From Podarcis pityusensis (Eukaryota): DNA of 64,000 bases. Each line of letters starts with the position of its first letter. Within the stretch, counting starts at the first letter, position 1. The translations under genes and the position numbers were made by a program. Where the stretch lies: NCBI GenBank assembly GCA_964106645.2, contig OZ067046.1; one strand, written 5' to 3'. Below the pieces are notes generated by a model, which saw only the letters and a list, made by a program, of their open reading frames with translations, searched no databases and was not told the origin of the DNA. Positions 49,554 through 61,900 of the stretch are shown here, one piece after another.

Positions 49554-51804
49554 TTTAAAGCGAACCGAGACTCCTTAAAGTGAAAAGACACAAATCAACT
49601 TAGATAAGGGTTACCTATTCTCAGATCGGAGCCTTCTGTCCCAAGCCAGTGTACTAAGTCGCGTTGAACTCGGCTGGTCTTGTTACTAAGTAAACAGGCG
49701 CACGATCGGATTGTCCTACGCTTTTGTCTACAATGCATTTCACACGCCGGCCACTGTGTGGGATACACCGAACAACCCAACTTCAGCCGATGGAGGTGGA
49801 CTGGTGGTTTAGCTCCGAGAGACTTCAAGCGGATGACTTGAATCGATCGACTATGAATCGGCAATCATTGCAAACACTCACCTCCCCAGTCCGCAAATTA
49901 AGTGCAGCAGACTTTAAATCGTAGGTTGACAATCACTGCCCAATGCCAATAAGTATGTCCTTTTCCTACAAAAATTGCAAACACCCCTCTCCCAGTTTAA
50001 TCCAAGTAGAGCTGTAACCCACCCACCACATTTTCTTTCAATGAAATTTATTTCCAGGTTTACTGGAGATAAGTCCCGCTGACCACTCACGTCAAGGCGT
50101 AGCCAGTAGGAAATAAAGGAGATACCAGAGAGGAAGCTACTTAGGCTAGCTGCCCTGCAGCCCAATCCTATGCTCGTTTACCTGCAGGTAAGTACCACTG
50201 ATAAGCCAATTTAGTATCAAATAAGTGAACAAAGGGGGTCAGCCGTCCAGCCCTCCAGGCATGAGTGCTTACTCGGAAGTAAGAATGATTTCTGTCAACT
50301 TCCTCCGAGATTCATGGGATTGCAACTTTTAGCAGTCTTACTTTGATGGTGTAAGCCCCTTTAGAACTCATGGCACTTTCAAGTTAAAGAAAAGTTAAGA
50401 ATGAGGTACCACCCATGGGATCTAGGGCGGCCCCTTGCTATTAGGGCTTTTCCATGTGAGTCTATTCTGCAACATACCATTAATGCAGGAATAGTATAGT
50501 AATGGAGGATCTTGACTGGATTGTCCACACTCCATCCCATTGATGTCTTTGTTCTGTAATGCTTTCCCTATGTTACCAGATTATTCCTTTATAATACAGC
50601 AAAAATGGAACAACCCCCCCCCAACAATGCCACGGAACATATGTGGCATGAAAAGTTACAGGATTTCATTTAGAAGTTGTGGATATGCAACAATTGGAAA
50701 CTCACCATCATGAGCACAAATGAACGGGCAATAAAAAGGACGTCTGGAGTGAAATCAAATCGAGTTAAATCCAAATATTTGACTGCCACTGTGAATGGAA
50801 CTTTAAGGCTGTGGGATTGAGGTAGCCAGGTGCAAAAATGGACAGGGCTCCTGCACCTGATGTAGTGATGGAGAAGAGAAACTACCAGCTTGCAAGAAAA
50901 CACAGAAAGAGGCAGGAGCCCTTTCCTGTTTTGCATATGCCCTGCCTATGTGACATTTTGGTCCCATGGAAATAAAGGAGCTTTATGTACATGTATCTGA
51001 AAGGCCCTAGACAGAAGGTAGATTGGAATTTACTGGTAGTCTGTGATTTGAAGTAGAACAGCAAGGAGGAGCAGCAACAAATCACCTCTCTCCACCAAAT
51101 TAGGTGGCTAAGATGAAGAAAGTTGGGGTGAGGAGAACCAGGAGTGGATTTTTGAGTGACAAGACTGAGAGCTCTCAGTTTTGGAAACTGATTCTGAGCA
51201 CTGAGTTCCTTATTCTAAGATTATCTTGGCCCCTCTCCTAAGCTACTGTTTTGTAGCAGTGTGTATGGACTGTAGCTTAAGCGTTAGTGGATCTCTGGTG
51301 TGTGTGTGTGTGTGTTTAAAGTAGTTTCCACAAGCCTGAAGTCTGCCTGGCCCTGATCCCCATCAGAAAATCTACTGTGACAATTGAAATAGAAAAACTT
51401 GATGCCTACTCCCTCCCCTCTTTCTCCTTGCTATTGTTCTTCGCAGTTGCTTTGCCTTGCCAGGAGGAGACCTTTGCCCTACATGGTGTAAAGAACATTG
51501 TCCTATGGCTCCTTGATCGCTTAGGCCCTCTGATGTGGTCTACAAACAAGAAGATGTTTCTTCCTAGGTTCAATTGTACAAATGATGAGCATATCGCTGA
51601 GTAACCAGTAGATAGAGTCTCCTTTGGCTAACCTGAAGCCAAAGGGCAGAACAATGGCCCAGTAAACAAATCAGTAATCTTGTTTATTGAAATAGGCTTT
51701 TGTAGAGTAAGTGGTGACCTGAAGGGTGAAATACTGAGTTCGGAGGAAGTAGGGATATTCAGGAACAATTCTGGATGGAATAGGAAACACCTAAGCCATT
51801 TCTT

Positions 51805-52136
51805 GGGACGTGGGTGGCACTGTGGGTTAAACCACAGAGCCTAGGGCTTGCCGATCAGAAGGTTGGCAGTCCGAATCCCCGCGACAGGGTGATCTCCCAT
51901 TGCTCGGTCCCAGCTCCTGCCAACCTAGCAGTTTGAACGCATGAAGTGCAAGTAGATAAATAGGTACTGCACCGGCGGGAAGGTAGATGGAATTTCCGTG
52001 TGCTGCTCTGCTTCGCCAGAAGTGGTTTAGTCATGCTGGTGACACGACCTGGAAACTGTAAAGTGAGATGAGTGCCGCAACCCTAGAGTCATCCGAGACT
52101 GGACCTAATGGTCAGGGGTCCCTTTACCTTTACTTT
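51805..52136 (+). mobile_element. Sauria SINE (Squam1), near full length, with 12-bp TSD
   Basis: GGGACGTGGGTGGCACTGTGGGTTAAACCACAGAGCCTAGG...GCAAGTAGATAAATAGGTAC...GGACCTAATGGTCAGGGGTCCCTTTACCTTTAC. TSD TAAGCCATTTCT at 51792-51803 and 52137-52148. Resembles the lacertid form. Confidence 0.93.
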
Positions 52137-52274
52137 TAAGCCATTTCTCAGGACCAATTTTATCTTCCCACTTGACCACAACAGGAGTAAAACTGCTTCA
52201 AATACGATGGCTAATGCTGAGTCTTACTCTGGGTAAGTAAGTATAGACTACAGCTTTAAACATGCTTAGAAGCA

Positions 52275-52420
52275 TAACATTTGGGTAGCCAACACAGTGT
52301 CTTTTAGATGGTGTTAGAATCCAACTCCTATCAACCCCAGTCAACATAGCCAGTGGTCAAAGATGATGGGAAGTGGAGTCCAATAACATATGGAGGGCAC
52401 CATGTTGACTATCCTGCTAT
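52275..52420. mobile_element. Degenerate non-autonomous DNA element, probably hAT-like (second copy ~25225-25320)
   Basis: Inverted core AACTCCTATCAACCCC...GATGATGGGAAGTGGAGTCC...GGAGGGCACCATGTTG. Confidence 0.55.
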
Positions 52421-52572
52421 AACTAATAGCAAGCACTCAACCTCTCCTTTACCTTTTTACCTGAGGTCCTCTTGCAACCTCCCTCCCTCTATAAATTTCT
52501 CCCAAATCGCTCCCACTGCCATGCTTTCTTGCCCTCCTTTCACCCATGGGTGTTTGTCCCCGAGACTTCAGT

Positions 52573-52725
52573 CATAAGAACAGAAGAACCCTGCTAGATC
52601 AGGCCAAAGGCTCGTCTAATCCACCATCCTGTCCTCACAGTGGCCAACCAGATGCCTATGGGAAACCATAAAGCAGAACCATGAGCACAACAGTGCTCCC
52701 CTCTTGTGATTCCCAGCTCCTTAAC
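52573..52725 (-). mobile_element. CR1-type 3' tail (other tails at ~28700-28818 + and ~54605-54682 +)
   Basis: CATAAGAACAGAAGAACCCTGCTAGATCAGGCCAAAGG...TGGCCAACCAGATGCC. Confidence 0.75.
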
Positions 52726-54104
52726 TCATATGTCAAGAGTATCCTCTTCTTTTCCACTAATACATCCGTGTCTGTTTTCTGCTCTAAGTTCTCAGGAGCA
52801 ATACCTTGAAGAAAGACTTTCCTGAACAACTTCTGTATCACATCTCTCTGCAGACCACAAACTTATACATACTAGGTTTATGCCACATTGAGGAAGATCC
52901 TTGTAAACTATGGTCTGTTCCCTTACTATCCCCCCTTATAGAGCTATAGTTTCCATGGTCACTTCTGGGCAGTGTTATGTCTATAGGTCCTAATTTCCTC
53001 TACCCCACACTCCATTCACCTACTCCTGAGCACTCTTCAGTCTCGTCTCCCTTGCCTGGGAGTAAGTTCTACTGAATTCAATGGGACTTCCTTCTGCATA
53101 GAAATGTAAAAGATTGCATTGTTGCTGATGAGTTTGGGGCATACTATATGGCAGGGGCATGGAATCCACTGGCTGCATTGCCTCATGCTTGGGAGGAGGT
53201 ACCTGCCAGCATTGGGTGGGGCCAGAGGCAAAGTGGGTGGGGCAACAGATGTACAACAGACTACATTCTAGCCATGCAAAAGTCTATCTCTCTCTCTGTG
53301 TGTGTGTTTTACAAACACCTCTCTCCATCCAAGTAAACAAGAGGCTTTATCACAGTTCAAGGACACATTCCAGCCAGGCCAAAACACTCAAGGAGCCTTG
53401 GAGCAGGGCTGTCTCTGCTGCTGGCGAGGTGCAGCAGGGAAAAACAAGTGTGACCCGAATTGCGGGTGTGGCCTGAGAAGTGTCCCGAGGGCTGGCTAGA
53501 GAGGCTTTGAGGCTTATATTTAGCCAGAAGACCGAGGCTGTCTGCAGGGGCTGTACTGGATTTGGGTCCCTGTCCAGATTCTGATAGTCCTGAGACTGGA
53601 GGGTTTTTACCAAGAAATCCCGTTGCTATATGGTGTGCTCTCCTATGCATTGCATTACATATCTACTCTGAAGCAGGCCCTACTGCGCGTGCATAGGATT
53701 GCAGCTCAGGTCCCCCCAAATGTGAGGTCTACACTTGGTTCTCTTGCCCAGTAGAATTTAGGGGAAAGCCTTTGAAGAGAGAAAGAGACCCCGAGCGAGA
53801 GTTTGTTGCCTAAGCTGAAAGGAAGGGGGTTCCTAACATTTGAAGGCTGTCTTGTGCAGAATTGCCCTAGTCTTGACAGCAGTCGGGTCGTCTTTCTTCC
53901 GCCAGAATCAAAACACCGAGTCCCATAGCAGAGATGACTTTTTTGCCTCGATCTCTTGACCGCCCAAGAGGCGCCTCTGCGTTCCCGCCCTCCTCCTCTT
54001 CCAAACTGACAGGGTGATGTGGTTTTTTGGGGGGTGTTTTTTTAAAAAAGTTTCCAGAGGAGCAAGACAGCTTATCAGCCGAATTCCCAATGCATGAGTC
54101 ACAG

Positions 54105-57100
54105 CCAGCAATCCTAAATGCACTTACCAAAGCGTAAAACTACTGTCCTATCCACAGGAAGTCTCATCGTACTCAGCAGGACTTAATACTGAGTAGCTAT
54201 GCATAGGATTGCGACGTAAGTCTCCAGGGAGTTACTGGAATTTACTACGCAGTTAAGTTGCAATCATACGGTGTTTTGTTGAACTTGCAAGTTGATGTTT
54301 CCATTGAGATCAACGTCCCCTGGATCTCACAAGTTCGGGATGTGATTCTGGAAGAATTGAACTCGATTGCAATACATTGGCTTAAACGCGCCCCACTCCA
54401 CCCCTTTTTCTACGGGGTTTGGTATATGTGTACGGACCAGCTGCGCCGTTTCATGGGGAAGGGAATCCATTAGAGCCGCGGAGATTTAAATGTTTGTATC
54501 GGGAGGCAAATGGGACTTCAGGTTTCCAACGCTCTGTCTGGAATAAATTAAAACTTTCCACATTATATCTGTCTCTGCAGCCAGGTAAGCGGTGGACGCC
54601 ACGTGCTGTCTAGCTGGCTAGTCCGCGAACAGGATGCTGGACTAGATGGGCCATTGGCCCCATCCAGCAGGCTTTTCGTATGTGTGAACTTCTTGGGCAG
54701 TTCACGTGGACTTCAACGGGCCTTGCGCAGGAGACCTTCCCCGCGGATTATGCGCTGTGTCTGTAGTTGCTCCATAGCCATAGCAGCAAAATATAATGTT
54801 ACTTCAGAGTTGTCTGACTTTGCCTAGGCTACGATTTAATTCCAGAAAATCCATGCCTTATGTGCTCCAAAAGTAGTAGCCGAAGTCTAAGGTTACTTTC
54901 TTCTGAACATTGTTTCCTGAGTGCATCTGGAGTGAAACGTTCGGCCACATTTCTGTCATTTTTCTCGGGAGATGTAAATCTTTCCACCCCATTTCCATCG
55001 CCTGAGACAGGAAAGGTACGCAGTCCTATCGAAGCCCTAACAACCAAATGAATCTAACGCACCGATTTTGCTTGGTAAGGCAGCGATTGTATGGACATTT
55101 GCCTATAAGTAAGTCTCGTCGAACACAACGGGGTTTCTTCCTGAGTACTCATGCATAGGATTGCGCAGGCTGCAAACCTACCCAAGCTGTCTTAGAAATC
55201 AGTCCCGGAGTATTTATTGGAACTTACTTCCGAGTAAACATAGGATCGGGTTGAGTTGGGCAAGTAACTCCTAATGAAAATAATGAGGCTGGTTTCTGAT
55301 TAGATAAATGTCTGGGCTTACCTGGAAGTAAGCCTCACTGAACGCAGCGGGACTTACTTCCAAGTAAACGTGCACCTGGAATCATATGATACAACCGGGT
55401 GGTTTCATAATCTGGCGTCCGGCGCCCCCAACTGGGATTTTAATGGATGCTGATTCTATGCCAAATCCAGAGTATTTAATGGGACAGTCTCAAGAATGCA
55501 CGCCAAGGATGGCGTTTCCCAATTAAGCTCGATCATAATCTGTTTACCCCCGACATTGGTTTCAAAGAGGAGTCGCTTAAGGTGGTTGGCAGCCGTCAGA
55601 CCAATCCAAACTTCAGAAGTTAAGCCCCAGAGAATTCAGCGGGGCTGACGCCCTAGCACCTACGGAACTGGGTGGAGAGACTGACCTCTTATTTTGTACC
55701 CTGGCCGTGTTTCCTTGGGACGAAGTCACTTTAATTTCACTGGAACTTACTTTCGAAGTCAGTTTATGTTACTAAGCGCCCTAACTTCGAAGTGCCCCCG
55801 CCCACAATTAGACTTGAACCCCCGAAGAAGGGCATTCATAATTATAGCCTCTCCTTTGAGTGTCTACTCGGAAGTAAGCCCACTTGCGCTCACTACGGCT
55901 TACAACAGGCCTTGAAAACCTATGCATGTCTACTCAGAAGTAAGTCCTATTGAATGCAATGAGTAAGGACGCAACGGCTGAAGCTGCAAAAAATGCGTGT
56001 CCTGTTAATTTCACATTGCCGCGCAATGAGATCCTAGGCTTCTATATTTATTAGGAAGGAAATCTTCAGAGCCCAGTGGAACTCCCCTTCCCTCCCTTGT
56101 GCGCAGGGACCGCAGTTTTAGGATCAGCCTTCAGGCTTACAGGTGGAAACTATTTTCTTTTTCATAATTCCTCTTTGAGGGGACCCGCCAGCCATGTAAA
56201 CACAGGGGGAGGAAAAGAAAAACACAGTCTTGCTAACCCCTCAACCCTTTCCTGGAGTCCGATAGTTGAAATGGTTTCCAAGGCGAAATAAAAGCCGACC
56301 TGTAAAAAAAGAAAAGAAAAAGTGTGTGTGTGTGTGTGTGTGTGTGTCGGAGCTCCTCTCCTGCCCCCAAACTCTGTTGAACATTAACAGCCTGGGAGCT
56401 GCATTGCGGTGTAAAATGTTACATATAAAAATGAATCATCTCTAAGTTTCTCGTAAAAGGTCCCATAAAAGTAGCTCTATAAATCTTGGTATGCACTTAA
56501 TCCTTTCGACTTGACTTCTTACGTTTCCACTAAATATTTGCACCCGAAAAACAAGAAAGCTGCTGTTGCTGCTCGCTATTAAACGACTGTCTGAGGTTGT
56601 TTTGTCCCACTAAGGCCACAATAGCTGAATGACACCATCAGTATCACCACTAGTAACACTACCACAGCTCCGTTTAGACGCACAAAAGTCTTGCGGAGGC
56701 TTCTCAACAGTCAATAAGCTGGAAATGAAATTTAAAACCCCAGAGGACCATAGCGATGCTGACGGAGAATTGCATTGAAATGGATTATGGGCTAGAGAGG
56801 ATCCTGGGGCTACTCTAGAGTAGGCAGACAGGGCAGTCCACATCTGACTACTCACCACCACCTTAGAAGGAGAGTGTCCTTCCTTTCCTCCAGTCCGCTC
56901 CTCTGGAGTAGTAGTAGTGGCTTCAGTTCTAGACAACTGCACCATAAGGTGTCAAATATTTCATTGTCTGCCCCCCATTCCTTTTGGAAAGTTCTCTCTG
57001 CTAACCCCCATCCCTTTTGTTTCGGGGTACTTCCATAAAATCCCGTACTCGCAATCCGGATGAACTGTGAACGCTTGTAACTGTTTGCTCAGAAGCAAAT

Positions 57101-58160
57101 CCCACTCCGTTGATTGTGGCTTGCGCTCCCGCAAGTGTGCATAACTCTGCACGGTTTATTGCGCTGAATTCGGGGGAGCTTTAATTCGGAATAAACCGGC
57201 ACAGAATTGCCTTTCGCCTAACTCAGAAGAATTACTGCCGATTCGTCTGCAGGGACCTGGGCGGGGGGAGCGAACCATTCCTTCATCTTCTGTGAATGAA
57301 CGTAACAAGCTTGGATTCAAATTATTGGTTCTCCTAGAGTAGCTAAACTGACTTTTGTTAAGACTGCTCACCTCAGAATATAGAGTTGAAGAATTGTATA
57401 TTCCAGATGACTCCTGCATGGAGCCAAAGCTGGACTTTCTGATCTCCCAGAGGCTCTTCCATCTCTAAAAAACTTGTGCTTCTAAATCAGGCAGTTAGGG
57501 AATGGGGTCTTGCTGCAACCCTCTCGCATCCTATGAATGCTTGCTCTGCTTTTGGGATTACTCCCAAATCAGTGTGCATAGGATTGCAAACGGACACCAA
57601 GGGTGCGCTCCTGTGCAGATGTAAGTACCTGGTAGTAAGTTCCATTCAAAACCATGAGGATTATTTTTGAGTTGCATAGGATTGCGTTGCGCGGAGGAAT
57701 TCGGTTTTACTACCAGGGCTCAGAAATCTGCTTTGCTCGCATCCTTTCCCTAAAAATGACCCACTCACGCCGAGGACCGCAATCCTATGCACACTTTAGT
57801 TGGGCAAAACGGGATTTACTGCACGACACTCAGCGGCAAAATTCCTCCCAGCTGTTTTCTCCCATCGCATCTGAGAAAAACAAGCCTCTAACAAGCCCAA
57901 GGTTAGTTAGGGATGTAATCGGCGCTGACACGTTTGAAAAAGACGTTCATGAATTACAGGCTTTTAACGGCGCCATCCGATCCGAAACACGCCTACTCGA
58001 AAGTAAGTCCTGCGGATTTCCGACAGAGCTTATTCCCGAGTAAGTGGATATGGGGCTGTAGCCTAAGTAGGCAAAGGACAAAACTGATTTCTCCAGCGAT
58101 CCTGTCTGGCTGGAGCGCCAATCAACTGAACTTGGAAGGGAAGTTCCATTTCCTTAAGAG
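54105..58160. mobile_element. Dense field of the same MITE-like element (clusters ~54105-54260, 55090-55380, 55600-55970, 56985-57150, 57510-58160)
   Basis: Repeated CTACTCAGAAGTAAGTCC, GGACTTACTTCC and TAGGATTGC motifs. Confidence 0.7.
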
Positions 58161-58774
58161 ACAGGGAAAGTTTCCTTTGCTCGCGCTGACTGCCGGGCGG
58201 CGCGCTCTTTTCATCATCCTTATTAATTATCCCCAGCGTTCTATCATGAACTTGCCCAACCATTCATGAAAAGGGGAACTCTGCGCCGGCGCGCGCCCGC
58301 CCGCACACCAGCGGCGAAACCGGCGAAAGATGGGGGAACTTCTCCCTCTTTTTGCAACAGCTCGGACCGATCTTCCTTAAAATTGCTAGGATTACGAAAG
58401 TCTCCCTCCTCCACCCGCCCCCTGGATCTGCAAGGCCTGATTCTTCCCCGGGATCTCTCGACTAAACCTTTCCGCTAAGAATCTAGCCTGGTTCAAGGTA
58501 AGAGCTATCGGCGTGGCTGGTTCCTCCGTGGAACTTGTCTTCATTCCTTAACCATGGACGGGTTCGCTCGCTCCTTCCTTCCTTCGTATTTGTATGCATA
58601 CCCACATCATCATTCTTTTCCCAGAAGAAGCATCTTCTGCAGATGACCCAATCACCAATACGGTGATAAAGGAATAGCAAGAAATACAAACCTACCTCCT
58701 CTTATTACTTATTCCCCCCTTCAGTGAATAAATCTGGTTACATTCAACGCAAAAAAACCGGAATTAGATTATTG

Positions 58775-58930
58775 GCCTGCCTGACTTGGCAGCATCTTCG
58801 CTGACTGGCAGCAGCTGGGGGGGGGGGGTTCGAGTAGGGGACTTTCTTTACCCTACCCGGAGTGTAGATCTGGAGGGATTAAATCTGGGATCTTTGAAAT
58901 GCAAGACATATGCTCTGCCACAGAGCTACA
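58775..58930 (-). mobile_element. Degenerate Squam3-like SINE
   Basis: Minus-strand head TGTAGCTCTGTGGCAGAGCATATG...AAAGATCCCAGATTTAATCCC and body GCTGCTGCCAGTCAG. Confidence 0.6.
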
Positions 58931-61900
58931 CTACCTGACGCTCAGCACTCTTGCTACTAGCAAATTAACAATGGTCTTAACAAAGAATAGTGAGGATAAC
59001 ACAGAAATCTGCATGTGCGCATCCCTCTGTCAGGGCTCTCCTGCCTTTAAATAGGTGTTCAATAGTTAGATGGTGGGAGACAGCTACCTGATTGCATGCC
59101 ATTCTTGCTTTTCCTGAATTGTCCCAATTTTAGTAGATGTATTGTAGAAGCCAGAACAATTTCATCCATTTGTGTGTCATTTCTACTTGCCACAGAGCTT
59201 TTAGAGGCATAAACTCTTCGTGGAAAGAAAAACAGATTGTGACAGCCTCGCCTCCTCTTACAGGAATGAAATCAAAGAGGTGGAATTCACATCAGCAGCA
59301 TTGGCTTGCATATTACCAACAATATAATAATTTCATTAATTGGTATGTATATTTACCAACAGTTTATTAATTTAGAGTTCCTCCCCTCTATATCTCATCA
59401 TTCATCCAGATGATCCCACAGTGGTTAGTAATGAAAGAACCCCCCCCCCGATAAATAAAATAAAAACAAAACAATGTCAAAATGAAAAGAAAGGTATTAT
59501 ATAACTCCCCCATGAACAAGGGGTTGATTCGCTCACTGAAACCAATGACGTATATAAGAAACAGTAGTATTTTTTTAACAGACTATAATGGCTATGAATG
59601 AGTGCAGAGCTTGGTTGTATAAACATTCCTGACAGGAGAGTATAGAATCTAATTAGTGGTTACTACCTGTGTTATAACTACAGACAATTGGTGTGTTTAT
59701 TAGGTCTGGATGTACAGTCCTGGCTCTCTCTGGCATCCACCCCTGCTTTGGAATAAGCAGCAGTCATGTGGTGATGACCACCCACAGGTAGGAAAACCAG
59801 GAGGAGTTGTTTTGCTAGGAAGAGTAGGAATAAGAGCACTCTTTGTCCTCTTCCTTATAGAAAAGAGCATTTCTCCAGCAGCTGTTGTGAAAGAGGCTCT
59901 TATTTTGATCCCAAGCAAGCAGATTTTGCTTTAAAGAACCCAAACAAATACTAGCTTCCTCCTCTGTATTTATATGGTCCAGTTTGAGTTACAGCCTCCA
60001 TTGCTTTCCCGCTCTAGGATTATTTTGAGCAAAGGTTAGGAGCTTAACTTTCTGAGCTCAGGAGGTTAATTAGCTCTGGTAGGTTAAGTAATGCCTATTT
60101 AATGCACATTTTAAGTTAATAATTAGAGGGTTTGTCTATAGGGAAGGTTTGCCCACCACCACGAGTAATTAAGCTATGTTTAGCTAATCTAGGTTAGCTA
60201 GCCCATTTTAAGGCTATTCAGACCGTTTTAGCACTGATCAAAAGTAATGTGAACATACTGCATTTGACTCTTATTCAAACAAGGTTAAGACTGGCTCAAC
60301 CCAAAACAGGCTCTCTTAATCCATATTAAGTATATTTTACTTGACACCCTAGTAAGGGCTGATTAACCCTACAGATGAAAACTCCACGACGCAGGTCAGT
60401 AGCCAGCATGGACTATCGAAATGCATTCTATGCATAACACTTTATCCACACAGCCCACAGAAGTCCTCTTCAGTAGTTTTATTCTTTGTTGCTAGAGTAT
60501 ACAGTGCCTAAAATGGTCTGAGATTTAAACAAACAATGCTACTGCAACCTTTCTGCAAAAGCAAACACGCTTTAGAAGGTATGTAGCCAGCATATGAAAA
60601 GAAAAGAATGGGTTGTTTTTATAAGTACTGTATAATGACAGCTTGAATGGAACTGCCCTGCAATCCTTTACCCTTGCCTGGGTGTAAGCCCCTTCGTGCT
60701 GGGTGGGGCTTTCTTCAGAGCAGATATGCACCAGAAGTGAATAAGTTTTGCATCCCACTGATTTACAGCAGCTATAGTCAGCTTATGCTGGCACTTTGCA
60801 ATACGCCGGGCTCAGGAATACACATGTTGGCAGCTCACCAATGCTCATCCCAAATATGAGGCTAGGGTTATAGACCCAAACGTTCTTCTCCAACTCAGCT
60901 TTTAATCAGCCTTTCCACTCAACCACCTTTCTTCCTCTCATATGCTTCACTGCTGCTTTCTTTTGTGTATCTTGAATTTTGCAGCATTCAGCTTTATTGA
61001 ATGTCCACAACTTTTAGTGTTAGTATGATATAATTTTGCTGTAAAGAAGTGAAAAGAGCAAGCACAAGTATTGGCGAGGCGACAAGCAGACTGCCAGTTT
61101 GTGAACCCGTTGAGGTTTCCAAACAGGCAAGCCTACACATAACACATTGCAGTCATCAAGCCTGGATGTTACCAAAGCACAAAGGCCAGATATTTATTTT
61201 CACCCATACAAGAGGCTGGATGCACTGTGAGGGTTATGCACATTTTGTAATGGGAACGGAACTGGGATATGTTTGCACACATAGAATCATCAACATGCAT
61301 GAACAAAGTGAATACCTTCTGCTGTGGCCATGGTCCAGCACTTGAGCTCCAGCCATGCAAGCTGGATTTCCTCATTGTCAGGAGCAGTGGAAATGGACTC
61401 AACAGCATCTATGGGAATGGTTATTAGTAGAGGCCCACTCCCCTAGCAATAAAAGTCCCATATGCACATGGACTAATGAATGAGACCCAGAAGTTCCCAT
61501 GGAAATAAACAAGATTGAAATGCTCAGTTAACATTATTTGGATTGTGCCTATTATGTGGCAATAAATCCTACTGGTAGAACTGATAGCTTGGACTCATAT
61601 TGGCACTGGCAGTAGTGCCATGGTCTGCAGTTCTAAAGGCATTGCAATCTGAATCAATGGAGTGCCATGCATAATACTTTCTCAGGTCTATACCCAGAGA
61701 TGTATGGCAGGACTTCTTCTAAATGGTTCTGAGGGGTTTGTTGTTGGGACCAACCATCTGAGATAGGTGTCACTTCCTTGTCACTTTGTTTGGAGGGGGA
61801 CATGCAAGGGTTCACTGCTGACGAAACCACAGTCCAGAAATGGGGAAAAGCACAGCAATTTTGAATAGGAAAGAGTGAAACTGCTTGCTTTTGGCAGCAT

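Noticed and set aside
56610-56945. 111-aa ATG-initiated minus-strand ORF
   Set aside because: No recognisable domain, partly overlaps MITE-like motifs (CTACTCTAGAGTAG), and its length is expected by chance.
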